From an uncultured Candidatus Saccharibacteria bacterium (GTDB lineage Bacteria > Patescibacteriota > Minisyncoccia > Phycocordibacterales > Zambryskibacteraceae), in contig CAZDXF010000004.1 of NCBI GenBank assembly GCA_964509605.1, positions 1-52,061 on the forward strand: a stretch of DNA of 52,061 bases, written 5' to 3'. Each line of letters opens with the position of its first letter. Positions within the stretch are counted from its first letter, which is position 1. Below, one piece after another: positions 37,543-45,866 of the stretch. The position numbers and the translations under genes were made by a program. Below the pieces are notes generated by a model that saw only the letters and a program-made list of their open reading frames with translations, did no database searches and had not been told where the DNA came from.

Positions 37543-38164
37543 AATCCTTTATTTTCAAAATTACCAAGATAAAGGCCAAAAAAGATGCCCAAAATAAACC
37601 GAGAAAAATTCCACCAAATACATCTGAAAACCAATGGGCTTGAGACAGAATCCTACTTCCCCCAGCCAATACCAATAAGACAGCCGGCAGTAAAAATACA
37701 GCCCTGTTTAGGGCATACGGTTTTATTCTCTTAAAAAGAAAAAGTAAGGTGAAACAAAAAGCGGACGCTGAAGCCGTGTGAATACTTGGAAAGCTCCATC
37801 CGTTTTCTGATATAAGGCTTTCTGGACGAACCACCTCCATAGATTCCTTTATGAGAATAGCGGACAGTATGGAGAGAGAAACTCCTCCGAAAATAAGAAT
37901 GGCTGAAAAATATTTTTTATTCCAAGAAAAATAAAAAAAAGTGAGAACAGATACTATGAAAAAAATCACAGGGTGAAGTCCGTCACTAATATGAGAAGAA
38001 AAAACGACAAAAAGACTTGGCAAAAAAGAAACACTTTGGTGAAAAAAGGCGTCCAGAGCTGAAAAAAATATTCCGTTGGCAACAGAAAAAGAAATGGCGA
38101 GAAAAGATAGCGCTGAAAAAATTGCGAGAGAAAGTAATAAGTTTGCGTTAAGCTCTGTCTTCAT
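37535..38164 (-). CDS. PAP2-family phosphatase (integral membrane)
   Basis: SFPSIHTASA and SRILSQAHWFSDVFGG (PAP2 motifs). The internal start MKTELNAN avoids the overlap with the upstream gene. Confidence 0.72.
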   Translation of the reverse strand: MKTELNANLLLSLAIFSALSFLAISFSVANGIFFSALDAFFHQSVSFLPSLFVVFSSHISDGLHPVIFFIVSVLTFFYFSWNKKYFSAILIFGGVSLSILSAILIKESMEVVRPESLISENGWSFPSIHTASASAFCFTLLFLFKRIKPYALNRAVFLLPAVLLVLAGGSRILSQAHWFSDVFGGIFLGLFWASFLAFILVILKIKDYA

Positions 38165-38192
38165 TTCTAAATAAGATCTGCTTATATTGAGA

Positions 38193-39089
38193 TTATAAAC
38201 CCAACTGTATTTCTTTGCTCGACAAATCACTCTCCACGAGAGATTCGGCGGTTTCAATTAGAGATAAGGCTTTTTCAACGAGTTCTCTATCTTCCGAACC
38301 GTTTAAAGATAGGCTGGACAAAACTTCTCTGGCCTTTAAAAGTTTAAATCTGGCCTGAATTGATTGTTCTTTGGAAAGATTCCTTTCTTTTATAAGACGA
38401 CTCACTTCTTCTGCCCTGCTTAACGCCTCTTCTTTTTCAATCTTAAAATCTCGCTCCAGACTTTGAGCTTCCAAAATCTTTGCTGAAAACGCTTTTTCTA
38501 CAGGAATTTCAACCAGACTTGTTTCAGGAGATCTGACAGACAACATATCAGGCTCAACTGTTTCCACAGAAAGTCCGGTTTCAACAACTGCTCTAAAATT
38601 TTCTTGGGAGGAGTCGGCGGGAATAAAACTTTCAACTCTCTCAGCGTGCTCATCAAATTTTCTTTTTAAAATATTTTTTCTTTCTTGGGTCAATTTATTT
38701 TCTTTTACCAAAAGATCGGCTTCAATAAGTCTGCGCTCTGCGAGCTCAAGTTGCCATTCGGCTTCTCCCTTTATTGGTTTCATAAACCAACCACTTACAT
38801 TTTCATTGAGACTGGTTTTAACTCCATACAAAAATTCCCCTGGTAAAGAGCCTTGGGCAACAGCGCTTGCTCCACTTCCCACAAAAATTATTAACAAAAT
38901 AAAAGCGGCTGTGGTATGACGAGAAAGAAAAACAAACCAAGAATAATTGCTCAATACCAAACTTTTTTCCCTAGGCAAAACAGAACTTTCCATCTCCGAC
39001 AAAAGAGCGGAGCGCAGACTCTCCTTCTCGGATTTGGTGAGCTTAATCTCACCAGCTTTATTTAAAATTTTTTCAAAATTATTTTTCAT
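38193..39089 (-). CDS. Putative anti-sigma factor / membrane protein with an extracytoplasmic coiled-coil domain
   Basis: 298 aa with one TM helix after a short N-terminal domain. The start overlaps the stop of the ECF sigma gene. Confidence 0.45.
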   Translation of the reverse strand: MKNNFEKILNKAGEIKLTKSEKESLRSALLSEMESSVLPREKSLVLSNYSWFVFLSRHTTAAFILLIIFVGSGASAVAQGSLPGEFLYGVKTSLNENVSGWFMKPIKGEAEWQLELAERRLIEADLLVKENKLTQERKNILKRKFDEHAERVESFIPADSSQENFRAVVETGLSVETVEPDMLSVRSPETSLVEIPVEKAFSAKILEAQSLERDFKIEKEEALSRAEEVSRLIKERNLSKEQSIQARFKLLKAREVLSSLSLNGSEDRELVEKALSLIETAESLVESDLSSKEIQLGL

Positions 39090-39594
39090 TGTTAAAAATT
39101 TCCTTAGCTCTGGCTGTTGCCCTATGAATCCTTACTGATACAACATTTTCACTTTCTCCTAAAATTTCAGCGACTTCCCCGACAGAGAAACCGTCGACAT
39201 AACGCAAAATCATGACCTCTTTGTATTTTTCATCAAGCATATCTATTGTCTTTCTGATAATAGACCACTCTGCACTTTTCTCTATGGATTCAGTACCCTC
39301 TCCCACAGGATCAAAATTTAAATCTTCTTGCATTTCATCCAAAGAAACATTTTTCTTTTTCCTGTAATAATCTATTATCAGATTGCTTGCTGTCTTAAAA
39401 AGAACCGCTTTCATATTTAAAATTTCAGATCCAGAAGAAATACTCCTCCAAACTTTAAAAAAAGTTTCTTGTACCAAATCCAAAGCAATCTCCCTGTCAG
39501 AAACCCTGAAAAAGCAGTGCCTAAAAAGGGCATCCGACAAGTCTTCGTAGGCCTTTAGAAACTCTTTCTCTGTATTTGAAGATACTCTTTTCAT
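39079..39594 (-). CDS. ECF-type RNA polymerase sigma-70 family factor
   Basis: Region 2 (DLVQETFFKVW) and region 4 HTH (FSVGEVAEILGESENVVSVRIHRA). Confidence 0.85.
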   Translation of the reverse strand: MKRVSSNTEKEFLKAYEDLSDALFRHCFFRVSDREIALDLVQETFFKVWRSISSGSEILNMKAVLFKTASNLIIDYYRKKKNVSLDEMQEDLNFDPVGEGTESIEKSAEWSIIRKTIDMLDEKYKEVMILRYVDGFSVGEVAEILGESENVVSVRIHRATARAKEIFNNEK

Positions 39595-39620
39595 TAGACG
39601 GTCTTTAAAACATTCTCTTA

Positions 39621-40469
39621 CTACTTAAAAATAGCTCTAGCAAATATGCCTGCTGGTAAAAGCCGGCCATTTTGGGATTCTTCTATAGCTAGCTCGCCAG
39701 ACTCCAACCCTTTAATTTTTTCACCAAAAACACCTTTTAAAGCATTCTCATAAGCAACATGAGAATACCCAGAAGCATAACCGTTTATCAAAACAAATAT
39801 AGGATCGTCTGACAAAACCTTTTGAACTGATTTTAGAAGATCCACAAAACCGCTTTCTATTTTCCAAATTTCTCCCTTAGCTCCCCTGCCAAAAGCTGGT
39901 GGGTCCATTATAACAGCGTCGTACTTATTTCCTCTTTTTATTTCTCTTGAAACAAATTTTGAAACATCATCCAAAATCCACCTGACTTTTTTTTCGGAAA
40001 GACCTGATAGGCGAGCATTTTCTTTTGCCAATGCAATTGAAACTTTTGAGCCATCGACATGACAAACTTCGGTGTCCACCTGAAGAGAAGCAAGTGTTGC
40101 TCCGCCCGTATAGCCAAAAAGATTCAAAACTTTTGCTTTCTTGCCAGATTGTTTAATTTTGTTTTTTATCCATTTCCAGTTTTCAACCTGTTCGGGGAAA
40201 ACTCCAACATGCTTAAAAGAAGAAAGTTTTAGAGTAAAAACTAAATCTTCCAGATTTATTTTCCAGTCTGCATCAAATTTTGATTTTTTCTTCCAACTTT
40301 TATCAAAATGAGCGTGAGCATCACTCCAATCTTTCTGAGAAAGTTTCTTGCCCCAAAGAGCTTGAGGGTCTGGTCTGGATATTATAAACTCGCCAAACCT
40401 TTCCAACTTAAAGCCATCACCAGAATCTAGGAGTTCATAATCTTTTTGAGATTTTGTTATTAAAAGCAT
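39621..40469 (-). CDS. Class I SAM-dependent (rRNA-type, RlmI/RlmK-like) methyltransferase
   Basis: VLNLFGYTGGATLAS (SAM motif I) and VIMDPPAFGRG (motif IV). Confidence 0.78.
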   Translation of the reverse strand: MLLITKSQKDYELLDSGDGFKLERFGEFIISRPDPQALWGKKLSQKDWSDAHAHFDKSWKKKSKFDADWKINLEDLVFTLKLSSFKHVGVFPEQVENWKWIKNKIKQSGKKAKVLNLFGYTGGATLASLQVDTEVCHVDGSKVSIALAKENARLSGLSEKKVRWILDDVSKFVSREIKRGNKYDAVIMDPPAFGRGAKGEIWKIESGFVDLLKSVQKVLSDDPIFVLINGYASGYSHVAYENALKGVFGEKIKGLESGELAIEESQNGRLLPAGIFARAIFK

Positions 40470-40510
40470 ATCTAAAGATTAGTACGAAAATTAAAAAATA
40501 TAAACGACAT

Positions 40511-40534
40511 GGGCGGGCCTCAATTGGCCCGCCC
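40511..40534. terminator. GC-rich hairpin next to cassette 5
   Basis: gggcgggcc-tcaatt-ggcccgccc. The T run is on the + side, so orientation and function are ambiguous. Confidence 0.4.
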
Positions 40535-40550
40535 GTTTTTCCTTCTTGCC

Positions 40551-40781
40551 CTAAGCCTTGGACACGACTTGCGCCGTCTTGGTGCAGACGCAGTAATAGT
40601 TGTGTCCATCCTTACTCAAACACACGATTGGCGGCCTCCTGTTGCCAGGAAGTCTCTTCCCACTGAGCGCCGCGTCCACCGACTGCATCGTGAACTGCGG
40701 GAAGGTGTCATCAGTCTTGGGTGAAGAGGTAAACTCACCCCGAACTCCAGACTTCTTTCTCCCGCCAACCGAATGAGGCAT
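40551..40781 (-). CDS. Hypothetical basic 76-aa protein (GC-rich cassette 5)
   Basis: SD ttaggagtttaaATG. The promoter-like TTGACA-17-TATTCT lies at 40859-40831. No family recognised. Confidence 0.45.
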   Translation of the reverse strand: MPHSVGGRKKSGVRGEFTSSPKTDDTFPQFTMQSVDAALSGKRLPGNRRPPIVCLSKDGHNYYCVCTKTAQVVSKA

Positions 40782-40864
40782 TTAAACTCCTAAGGGTAGA
40801 TTGTAAAAACCACAGGGAACTTCCATAAACAGAATAGAACAATTTAAACTCTATGTCAAAGAAA

Positions 40865-41737
40865 TTAGAGCACAATCAGCACTGTTCCCAAAATTATCAC
40901 TAGAGATGCGAGCATCTTTCTGCCCAAATGTTTTTCGTGGAAAAGCTCCCCGCCTATTAAAGTTGTGAAAAATGACGAGCTCCTTTTTATTGCGGACACC
41001 AAACCGACAAACATTAGAGACAGTGCTTGCATCTGAAAAAATCTATAAATAATAGTAAACGCTGAAATGAAAAAAATATTTTTCTTCTCGGTTTTTAGCG
41101 CTTGAACTATACCACCCAATCCTCTGCCTATAAAAAACAAAGCTGGCACATACAATAATCCGATGAAAAGATGGACAAAAAACATATAGTTGGCGATAGG
41201 AACTTCAAAATCAAAAAGAATAGCTCTGTCCAGTGTTGCGCCCATAGAATAGAAAAGTAAAGACGCTAAAACAAAGTGGATGTACTTTGACTCAGCAAAC
41301 ATTTTTATCGGAGAAAATATCCCTTTTCCAGGTTCCAAGGTGAGAATATAAGAACCGATTATCATAAAGACAATTCCCCAAATTGATTGAGGATCAAGTC
41401 TTTCTCCTAATATAAAAAAACCAAAAAAAGAGGTTGTGCCTGGGGTAAGGGCCAAAAGTGGAGCCACGGTGCTTATTTCCATATGTCTTATTGCTTTTGC
41501 GACAAGATAAAACGCTATCGCAGCCACAAGACCAGAACCAAAAATCACAACCATTGAGTGAAATTCAACTTTACTAAAATCAACAAAAAACAAAAAAGGT
41601 AGAGCAAAAATCAAATTTGAAAAAGCCAGTGTTGAAGAAAGATCAATAGAGTGCACCGTCTTCAAGGCCTTTTTCTCTACAAGAGCAGATGCGGATACAA
41701 ATAGAGCGGCCAGAAGTGCAAAAATGAACCAATTCAT
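40865..41737 (-). CDS. EamA/DMT-family transporter
   Basis: 290 aa with ~10 TM helices and a two-fold internal repeat typical of EamA. Confidence 0.78.
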   Translation of the reverse strand: MNWFIFALLAALFVSASALVEKKALKTVHSIDLSSTLAFSNLIFALPFLFFVDFSKVEFHSMVVIFGSGLVAAIAFYLVAKAIRHMEISTVAPLLALTPGTTSFFGFFILGERLDPQSIWGIVFMIIGSYILTLEPGKGIFSPIKMFAESKYIHFVLASLLFYSMGATLDRAILFDFEVPIANYMFFVHLFIGLLYVPALFFIGRGLGGIVQALKTEKKNIFFISAFTIIYRFFQMQALSLMFVGLVSAIKRSSSFFTTLIGGELFHEKHLGRKMLASLVIILGTVLIVL

Positions 41738-41746
41738 GAGTTAATT

Positions 41747-42535
41747 TTAAAGTCTAGAAAAATAGTATTCAACTCCATCCCACCAACCATCTCCATTGGT
41801 GTCCCTCTTAAACGGTTCTGTGTTTGTACAATCTGGATCTTCAAAATAAATTCCAGTGCAAGTCTCCTGCTGATCAGTAAGACCATCTTCGTCACTATCC
41901 AAAATCATAGCTTGGAGTTTCTCTTCTACAAATTCCGGAGTATCTGTTTCTTTTGGTGTATAGAGCCATCCTCGTGCCGGATTAAATGTGAGTACTTTTA
42001 TTGAACCGGTGAAATCATCTCTGACAAAATAAACATAACCTCTAGCAAAACCGACCAGCCCCCCCTCTTCTACTCTAATAAAATCGGTAGATATTATTAT
42101 CTGACTTCTGTCTTCCCAAATATGAACAAAATCTTGTTTTCTCAAATCTTTGCCGAGCTCATACACTCCGTCCATTCTTAAAAAACACTCCTCTTCTCTT
42201 TCGGGGTCTGCGCATGCTTCAGATTGTTTATAGGTAAGTAATTTTACTCCCTCTATATCGCGAGCTTGGGCTTTTAGTAAAAAATCTTGAAAAATTTTCC
42301 AGGAATTATCCAAACTGCTAGACCTCGGAGCCTGTGGTTCGTTCTCTACAGGAGTTTCTTCATCCAAAAGAAAGTTGGGCGTTGGATCAACGTCATTCCA
42401 AGAAAAGCCAGTTTCATCTAATTTGTTTATAGAAAAATTTTTGATACCAAAAAAAACCGCCACAGCAAAAAGCGCTAGAAAAACAATAATCACGATACTT
42501 ACCGCTTTTATTTTTTTGTGATGTTCTTCGTGCAT
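41747..42535 (-). CDS. Membrane-anchored hypothetical protein with thrombospondin-type-3-like Ca-binding motifs at the C-terminus
   Basis: One N-terminal TM helix, plus DSDEDGLTDQQE and DTNGDGWWDG motifs. Confidence 0.6.
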   Translation of the reverse strand: MHEEHHKKIKAVSIVIIVFLALFAVAVFFGIKNFSINKLDETGFSWNDVDPTPNFLLDEETPVENEPQAPRSSSLDNSWKIFQDFLLKAQARDIEGVKLLTYKQSEACADPEREEECFLRMDGVYELGKDLRKQDFVHIWEDRSQIIISTDFIRVEEGGLVGFARGYVYFVRDDFTGSIKVLTFNPARGWLYTPKETDTPEFVEEKLQAMILDSDEDGLTDQQETCTGIYFEDPDCTNTEPFKRDTNGDGWWDGVEYYFSRL

Positions 42536-42609
42536 TTATATCAATTATAACCTTTTTGGGTCGATGGGTGTATAGATTTAACACTAAGTTTGTTTCCATA
42601 TAAAGAAAA

Positions 42610-42637
42610 AGGCGCCGTACCCGTGGGTCGTGCGCCT
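42610..42637 (-). terminator. Hairpin terminator of cassette 6
   Basis: aggcgc...gcgcct stem with an inner accc-gt-gggt stem, followed by a T-rich run on the minus strand. Confidence 0.55.
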
Positions 42638-42655
42638 CATTTTTCTCCCAGAAAG

Positions 42656-43057
42656 TCAAGCCACCTTAGATGCCTCCTTCACTTCTTCCCTGAACCAACC
42701 CCAAGAAACACGACGCTCCTCATCCAAACACTTCTTGGCTACCTCGAGAGCAACAAGAAGTTGATTGGTGTGTTCCATGAGTCGTTGGGCAGAAATCATA
42801 TCTGCAAGCCTTGGACCCATACCAGCATAGTAGCGACGACACGGTCTCTGCCACTGAGGATTCAGCTCGCAAAAGAAGAAGTCCATTACCGACACATAAC
42901 GGTCCATGTTCTTCCTTGAGGCAACAAACTCCAACGATTCCATGTAGTCGCCACTCAAGAGGAGGGCTTCCACTTGTGGAAAGATTGAGTTGGTGGCACC
43001 ACCAACCAGTTCTAAGGCCTGTCTGACCTCCATGCACATCGACATTGATAGCGACAT
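42656..43057 (-). CDS. Hypothetical 133-aa, predicted all-helical protein (GC-rich cassette 6)
   Basis: SD tggaggcaggaATG. TTGACA-16-TATTTT lies at 43124-43097. No family recognised. Confidence 0.5.
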   Translation of the reverse strand: MSLSMSMCMEVRQALELVGGATNSIFPQVEALLLSGDYMESLEFVASRKNMDRYVSVMDFFFCELNPQWQRPCRRYYAGMGPRLADMISAQRLMEHTNQLLVALEVAKKCLDEERRVSWGWFREEVKEASKVA

Positions 43058-43191
43058 TCCTGCCTCCAGAGAAAGTTGTTCAAAATTCTATTTCTTAAAA
43101 TATAACAAAAATTGCGATTGTCAACTAACTAGTTTTAACACCTCAATATTGGGTATCCAGAAATCGCCCAACAAAGCCATGAGATAAATTG

Positions 43192-43264
43192 GGTGCCTAT
43201 CGGGAATCGAACCCGAATCGAGAGTTCCACAAACTCCAGTGTTAACCGTTACACCATAGGCACC
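43192..43264 (-). tRNA. tRNA-His (anticodon GTG) with encoded G-1; CCA not encoded
   Basis: Reverse complement: GGTGCCTATGGTGTAACGGTTAACACTGGAGTTTGTGGAACTCTCGATTCGGGTTCGATTCCCGATAGGCACCC. Folded by hand as a cloverleaf with anticodon loop TTGTGGA. Confidence 0.85.
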
Positions 43265-43295
43265 ATACAAACATTTTACCGTCTGGCAAAAATGC

Positions 43296-43380
43296 TGGTG
43301 CGCGGGAGAGGACTTGAACCTCCACGCCTTACGGCCTACGAACCTCAATCGTAGATGGCTACCAATTACATCACCCGCGC
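43296..43380 (-). tRNA. tRNA-Leu (anticodon GAG), long variable arm, CCA encoded
   Basis: Reverse complement: GCGCGGGTGATGTAATTGGTAGCCATCTACGATTGAGGTTCGTAGGCCGTAAGGCGTGGAGGTTCAAGTCCTCTCCCGCGCACCA. Confidence 0.85.
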
Positions 43381-43381
43381 A

Positions 43382-44050
43382 TTAGAAATGCTCACCCACT
43401 ATAGCTAAAGCCCTTCTCATTTTCAACTTTTTCCTTTTCAGATATATTCCTTTTTTATTTTCGTACATTTTTCTTAGTAAGAAAATAGACTCTTTTTTGG
43501 CATATTTAAGTTGAATGACAGATCTTTTCTTGTTATTTGTTATATGACCCTTAATTTTTAATCTTTTAAATAGCTCATTTCTAATCCAAGATATGTTTTC
43601 TTTGCTTGCGGAAACAAATTCTGTATAAAACATAAAACTAGATCTCCAACGCAAATCCCAATACGAATAGAATGTTCCGTCTCCATCAAACAGTCCCCTC
43701 AAAAAGGAAAAGAAATACTTTTTAGGTATATCAACTTCTCCAATCACTTTAGACTTTGCTGGCATTAGTCCAATTCCAAGAAGAAATTTATAAAAGACAA
43801 CATCTCCAAACTGGATTCTGTTGCTCTTTTTTGAACCTTTTCCAGAAGTGGTTGTTCCAACCTTAATCCCTCTAATTTTAAAAGCTTTTAAAAAATTTTT
43901 TATTTGGTCATCTTCTTTAGAAACAAAAACTATATGCCTGCCGTCTGGAGAAAGATTTCCATCACTAACTAAAAGACCTATGCCATATGCAAAATCATCT
44001 GACCATTTGGTCTTTACCAATCTTTTTGGTTTTCTGCCCGTATTCCCCAT
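43382..44050 (-). CDS. Free-standing LAGLIDADG homing endonuclease (two-motif, monomeric type)
   Basis: Motifs GIGLLVSDGNL and LRGLFDGDGTF, ~100 aa apart; 222 aa. The stop lies 1 nt from the tRNA-Leu 5' end. Confidence 0.85.
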   Translation of the reverse strand: MGNTGRKPKRLVKTKWSDDFAYGIGLLVSDGNLSPDGRHIVFVSKEDDQIKNFLKAFKIRGIKVGTTTSGKGSKKSNRIQFGDVVFYKFLLGIGLMPAKSKVIGEVDIPKKYFFSFLRGLFDGDGTFYSYWDLRWRSSFMFYTEFVSASKENISWIRNELFKRLKIKGHITNNKKRSVIQLKYAKKESIFLLRKMYENKKGIYLKRKKLKMRRALAIVGEHF

Positions 44051-44144
44051 TACCTTATTCTATCCACACCACACACAGACCTCAAGGTATTAGCGTCTAC
44101 CAAATTTAATAAAATATAAAATAATAAATAATACGAAAATAAAA

Positions 44145-44171
44145 AAGACCCTTAATTTACCGAAGGGTCTT
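44145..44171 (-). terminator. Rho-independent terminator after rplS
   Basis: aagaccctt-aatttaccg-aagggtctt followed by a T run. Confidence 0.7.
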
Positions 44172-44173
44172 TT

Positions 44174-44680
44174 TTATTCTTTAACTTCAGCTTCTTCTGG
44201 TTTTGCTTCCTCTTGAGTTTCTACGCTAGTGTTTTCGTTGTTTTCAGAATTTTCGGCTTCTTTCACTTCTTCAGGAGTTTCTTCAATTTCTGTTGCTTCT
44301 TCTCCGATATTCACAAATTGAGTATTTCTCATTTGTCTCTTTATTTCCTTGGCCGCTTTCTTTCTGATGTGATAGAGCTTTGACCTTCTGACTTTTGACC
44401 TCTTTGAAATTTCAATCCTGTCTATCATCGGAGAGTATAGGGGAAATATTTTTTCTACTCCAACCCCGCTAGCAACTCTGCGAACAGTAAAAGTTGCCCC
44501 CGCTTCGCTTCCATGTTTTACCGCCAAAACAAGCCCTTCAAACATTTGAAGTCTTGTTTTGCCTTTTTCCTGAATTTTTTGCCAAACCTTAACAGTGTCT
44601 CCTGACCTTATGCCGAGATTTTTTCTAGCTCCCATATCAACAGGAGAAATTTTTATTTTTTTTGCCACAGCTGTTTTCAT
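44174..44680 (-). CDS. rplS: 50S ribosomal protein L19 with a ~45-aa acidic C-terminal extension
   Basis: IRSGDTVKVWQKIQEKGKTRLQMFEGLVLAVKHGSEAGATFTVRRVASGVGVEKIFPLYSP. Confidence 0.9.
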   Translation of the reverse strand: MKTAVAKKIKISPVDMGARKNLGIRSGDTVKVWQKIQEKGKTRLQMFEGLVLAVKHGSEAGATFTVRRVASGVGVEKIFPLYSPMIDRIEISKRSKVRRSKLYHIRKKAAKEIKRQMRNTQFVNIGEEATEIEETPEEVKEAENSENNENTSVETQEEAKPEEAEVKE

Positions 44681-44711
44681 TTTTAGAGAAAGCTAGTCTA
44701 ACACAACAATT

Positions 44712-45449
44712 TTAATCCGGCAAATTTTTAAATTGCTCAATCGCCTCTTCAAAATCTGGGCTATATGGAGCTTCTACTGAAACAAAATTTCCATCTAAAT
44801 TTTTAAATTTTAATTTTTTTGCATGGAGTGCCAATCTTTCCAAACCCAAAGCTTTTGGTCTTTTTGGAGCATAAAGAGAGTCTCCAACAAGCGGATGATT
44901 TATAGCTTTGAAATGGGCCCTTATTTGATGGGTCCTTCCTGTCTTTGGACTTGCTTCAACAAAAGTAATTTCTTTTTTTCTTTCTAAAACCTTGAAATTT
45001 GTGATTGCATCTCTCAACTCTCCCCTCGCCCCTCTTTGTGCAGACCAGAGTCTAAAATCTTTTTTGCTTCTGCCCATCGGTCTGTCTATGACTCCTTCGT
45101 CTTCTTTAATATTCCCCCAAACAAATGCGTGATAAGTTTTTTCAACTTCATGATTTTGAAATTGTTTTTTCAAACACTCAAAAGCGTTTTGGTTTTTTAC
45201 CAAAATTAAAGCTCCGGATGTTTCTCTGTCTATCCTGTGCACCACCCCCGATCGAACAATTTCTTTTCCATCCGAGAGAGTGATGTGCTCCCCCACACCT
45301 TTGGACTTCGGATACTTTGATTCAAACCAAGAAGAAAGACTCTCTTCTTCTCTTTTTCCGTCCGGATGAACTATTAAACCAGCTGGTTTGTTTATAACCA
45401 AAAGGTTTTCGTCTTCGTAAAGTATTTTTATTTTATTTAATAAAGACAT
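44712..45449 (-). CDS. RluA-family pseudouridine synthase
   Basis: VVHRIDRETSGALIL (catalytic Asp) and GRTHQIRAH. Confidence 0.87.
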   Translation of the reverse strand: MSLLNKIKILYEDENLLVINKPAGLIVHPDGKREEESLSSWFESKYPKSKGVGEHITLSDGKEIVRSGVVHRIDRETSGALILVKNQNAFECLKKQFQNHEVEKTYHAFVWGNIKEDEGVIDRPMGRSKKDFRLWSAQRGARGELRDAITNFKVLERKKEITFVEASPKTGRTHQIRAHFKAINHPLVGDSLYAPKRPKALGLERLALHAKKLKFKNLDGNFVSVEAPYSPDFEEAIEQFKNLPD

Positions 45450-45450
45450 G

Positions 45451-45533
45451 TGCCGAGGAGGAGACTTGAACTCCTACCACCTAAGGTGACGGCGCTCTGA
45501 ACGCCGCGTGTCTACCAATTCCACCACCTCGGC
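45451..45533 (-). tRNA. tRNA-Leu (anticodon CAG), long variable arm
   Basis: Reverse complement: GCCGAGGTGGTGGAATTGGTAGACACGCGGCGTTCAGAGCGCCGTCACCTTAGGTGGTAGGAGTTCAAGTCTCCTCCTCGGCA. Confidence 0.85.
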
Positions 45534-45547
45534 AAGTCTTCTTTTTG

Positions 45548-45620
45548 TGCGCGATACAGGACTCGAACCTATGACCTTCCCGGTGTAAACGGGTTGCTCT
45601 ACCAACTGAGCTAATCGCGC
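45548..45620 (-). tRNA. tRNA-Val (anticodon TAC)
   Basis: Reverse complement: GCGCGATTAGCTCAGTTGGTAGAGCAACCCGTTTACACCGGGAAGGTCATAGGTTCGAGTCCTGTATCGCGCA. Confidence 0.85.
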
Positions 45621-45725
45621 ATACTAACTAAAGTTATAAACAAATATTCCTAATGTAAATGGGCCTCCATATCTACCAAGACAGCATGATCGTACGTGAC
45701 GGGCATTAAAACAAATGCTCCGGGC

Positions 45726-45821
45726 GCAGTATTCTTGAATTAGTCCGAACGCATTTCGCCGCCTGCGGCGGCGAGGAAGTTCCCCCGCGAAAATTCGGAA
45801 AGGCGGCGGAGCCGCACCGCT
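45726..45821. repeat. IR-1 left arm (96 bp, GC-rich)
   Basis: Perfect reverse complement of 46565-46660, checked base by base. Confidence 0.9.
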
Positions 45822-45866
45822 GACAATTTCAAGTTTTTCTTTGGCGGCAGAATTCTTTGAAAAATT

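Noticed and set aside
37535-38257. The full-length 240-aa version of the PAP2 ORF, which overlaps the upstream anti-sigma-like gene by 65 nt.
   Set aside because: The N-terminal 31 residues are non-hydrophobic read-through of the neighbouring gene's 3' end. The internal ATG (38164, MKTELNAN..) gives a compact, non-overlapping gene.
4578-43124. The possibility that the GC-rich inserts are assembly chimeras or contaminating reads.
   Set aside because: This is not fully excluded without reads. Each insert is short (0.3-0.9 kb), flanked on both sides by native low-GC genes within the same contig, and neatly bounded by a promoter and a terminator in an intergenic slot. That pattern is hard to produce by misassembly six times.
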